Shown here: piece after piece, positions 62,281 through 64,000 of the stretch | Numbering within the stretch: position 1 is the first letter of the stretch | Layout of the letters: each line of letters opens with the position of its first letter | IMG/VR virus record: IMGVR_UViG_2901201504_000001 | Span: 73,120-137,119 of that record | Length of the DNA stretch: 64,000 nucleotides | Strand: one strand, 5' to 3' | From: a virus | Taxonomy: Duplodnaviria; Caudoviricetes | The notes under the pieces: model-generated | Databases searched by the model: none | What the model was told of the DNA's origin: nothing | Seen by the model: the letters and a program-made list of their open reading frames with translations, nothing else | Program-made: the position numbers and the translations under genes

Positions 62281-62559
62281 ATGACGAAATTTGAAATGGA
62301 TTTTAGTGGTATTGACAAATTACAGGAAAATTTAGAGCAAATAGATGAAGTTAATGGCATCCTATTAATTGAATTATTAGGGGAGGAACTGTTTGAGAAA
62401 ATAACGAGTAATTTTAGTGTAGAAACTGAGGAAGATTTTAATAGACTTTCTGAAAATGAATTGGATAAATATATTTCAAATATCACAGATTACAAGACAT
62501 ACCAAGAACTTCTTGAAGAAAAATATGCAGAATATATACTAAAAAAATTGTTTAGTTAA
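62281..62559 (+). CDS. acidic hypothetical protein
   Basis: ORF between two exact palindromic sites. Confidence 0.6.
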   Translation: MTKFEMDFSGIDKLQENLEQIDEVNGILLIELLGEELFEKITSNFSVETEEDFNRLSENELDKYISNITDYKTYQELLEEKYAEYILKKLFS

Positions 62560-62590
62560 TAATAAAACCGTACTTTTATATTAAACAACA

Positions 62591-62720
62591 AAAACCAGTC
62601 TATAATCGACTGGTTTCCTTAAGAGGAGATTTATTTGAAAAGGTTTAACCTTGTTCTTTTATGATAATTCACAAATATTAAGAAACTATTAACAAAATTA
62701 AAATGAACTATTAAACTTTT
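62591..62720 (-). ncRNA. putative sRNA unit, copy 2
   Basis: ORF-less unit between sites 62563 and 62740; homologous to 29350-29484. Confidence 0.45.
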
Positions 62721-62784
62721 ATTCAGATAAGAAGATTAATAAAACATATCTTTTAAAAGTAAATTAATAAAAAGGTGGTTGTTT

Positions 62785-63213
62785 ATGAGCGAGGATAAGT
62801 ATGAATATGACCACATCTTAGATGAAATAAACATTCAATTACATAATGAACAACATTTACGACAACAATTTGAAACACATGATAAGGAATATCGTAAATC
62901 ATTAGAAAGAGAAGAAGAGTTATTAAAGCGTAAGAAGGAATTGATTGACCGATATAAAGACTTGGTTGATGATGATTTGAAGTTTCAAGTATTCTCACGC
63001 AATGTACATATTATTAATGAGCTAATAGATAAAAATATTGAAGAAATAGATGCTGCAATTACAAAGTATGAAAGTGAATTAAATGAATACGATAAGGACT
63101 CGATTGAGTATGAGACATACAGTAATCTACTTGAGGGTTTGTTAGAACGTAAAGTTGAAACATTAAAACGTGGTAATAGGTTAATACAAAGAGAGTTTAG
63201 TAAATTAGCATAA
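62785..63213 (+). CDS. coiled-coil hypothetical protein
   Basis: ORF track. Confidence 0.6.
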   Translation: MSEDKYEYDHILDEINIQLHNEQHLRQQFETHDKEYRKSLEREEELLKRKKELIDRYKDLVDDDLKFQVFSRNVHIINELIDKNIEEIDAAITKYESELNEYDKDSIEYETYSNLLEGLLERKVETLKRGNRLIQREFSKLA

Positions 63214-63231
63214 ATACAGGGGAGTGATTAA

Positions 63232-63792
63232 TTGAATAAATCATTAAAATTAGTTGTAAACGGGATTCCTCCCTCCGTGAATCACTATATGGGCTATAGA
63301 GGAGTTAGAAAAGGTAATGCTTGCATGGTAATGGCTTATACGAAACCTGAATCAAAGCAATTTCAGAAGGAATTTAAAGCCTATGCAAAAGAACAAGTGA
63401 AACTACAGAAATGGGATATTGAACAAACTAGAAATGTTCATCATTACATGGATTGTGTGTTTTACTTTGACAGGACTGATAAAGACTCGCAGAACTATTT
63501 CAAAGTAATGTCAGACGTATTAAATGGAATTGCATACATAGATGATCGAACAATTCTTACTAGGACAAATGAACAGTATTATGATGTTGATAATCCTAGA
63601 ATTGAAATTATTATTTATCCAGTTAAATATAGAGGAATTTTTAGTAATGAAAAATCACAATACATATTTGAGGAAAAGTGTAAAAGTTGTAAGAGATACA
63701 AAAGAAATTGTTCAATCTTAAATAAAGCAAAAGAAGGACGTATTCAGTCGGAAATTGATGATGAAATGAATTGCAGTAAATATAAGGAATAG
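63232..63792 (+). CDS. RusA-family Holliday junction resolvase
   Basis: PPSVNHY, D..N..K...D.L..DD, NPRIEI. Confidence 0.85.
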   Translation: MNKSLKLVVNGIPPSVNHYMGYRGVRKGNACMVMAYTKPESKQFQKEFKAYAKEQVKLQKWDIEQTRNVHHYMDCVFYFDRTDKDSQNYFKVMSDVLNGIAYIDDRTILTRTNEQYYDVDNPRIEIIIYPVKYRGIFSNEKSQYIFEEKCKSCKRYKRNCSILNKAKEGRIQSEIDDEMNCSKYKE

Positions 63793-64000
63793 GACAAACT
63801 TAGAACCTCATATGTACATATTAGAGGTGAGAGACATGAAAGAGGAGAGGCTGATGGAGAATATTAAAGAACAATCTAAAAGTAATAAATCGAATAAAAT
63901 TATCCCAGAGGTAACAGTTACATTCAAAAATGAGCCGAATATAGATTTAATAGCAAGAGCTTTTATAGCATTCCACCATAAAACAAAACACTATTTGTGA

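Larger units (their letters stand above)
5235..62755. repeat. dispersed 16-bp palindrome TAAAA-N6-TTTTA at gene boundaries
   Basis: 30 exact copies read by eye (starts listed in finding 1) plus about 20 copies with 1-2 mismatches. Confidence 0.92.
347..62768 (+). repeat. dispersed AAAAGTWAAWTAA operator-like motif (SPBRE-like)
   Basis: copies at 347, 21335, 36762, 37229, 50081, 53344, 53376, 62755; several next to or inside promoters. Confidence 0.65.
1..64000. mobile_element. SPbeta-like temperate phage/prophage, early/replication region (no boundaries in window)
   Basis: aimR-aimP, yopP/Q/R-like module, YopX, helicase/primase, nrdIEF, thyA and dense small ORFs in SPbeta-like order; no housekeeping chromosomal context seen. 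Confidence 0.92.

Noticed and set aside
5235-62755. Palindromic repeat as CRISPR array or classical attC/REP
   Set aside because: Units are whole genes of variable length, the repeat is only 16 bp with a variable centre, and no GTTRRRY attC structure or cas operon was seen
7257-62998. Numerous antisense ORFs inside long genes (e.g. 7257, 18073, 37383, 39126, 44922, 55857, 62783)
   Set aside because: Fully overlap well-supported plus-strand genes and show no RBS or motifs
1-64000. tRNA/rRNA genes, att sites and virion genes
   Set aside because: None recognised by eye; a tRNAscan run would be needed to exclude tRNAs

Overview
This is an AT-rich segment of an SPbeta-like temperate Bacillaceae phage or prophage, covering the early, lysogeny-control, replication and nucleotide-metabolism part with no virion genes. 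It carries an arbitrium locus (aimR, an unannotated aimP ending in (A)RPPMGG, and a MazE-like ORF at the aimX position), a yopP/yopQ/yopR-type repression module with a divergent XRE gene and an SOS box, a replication operon with a family-B-like polymerase, nrdIEF, thyA carrying a ~280-aa in-frame HNH-like insert, DHFR and RusA. The most striking unexplained structure is a 16-bp palindrome, TAAAA-N6-TTTTA. I located 30 exact copies and about 20 near-exact copies by eye, almost all at gene boundaries of the accessory regions and each with a different 6-bp spacer. The sites divide these regions into one-gene (sometimes ORF-less) units next to a tyrosine recombinase with an intact catalytic set, which suggests an integron-like phage gene-cassette system (inference). 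All product calls come from motif recognition, not database searches.
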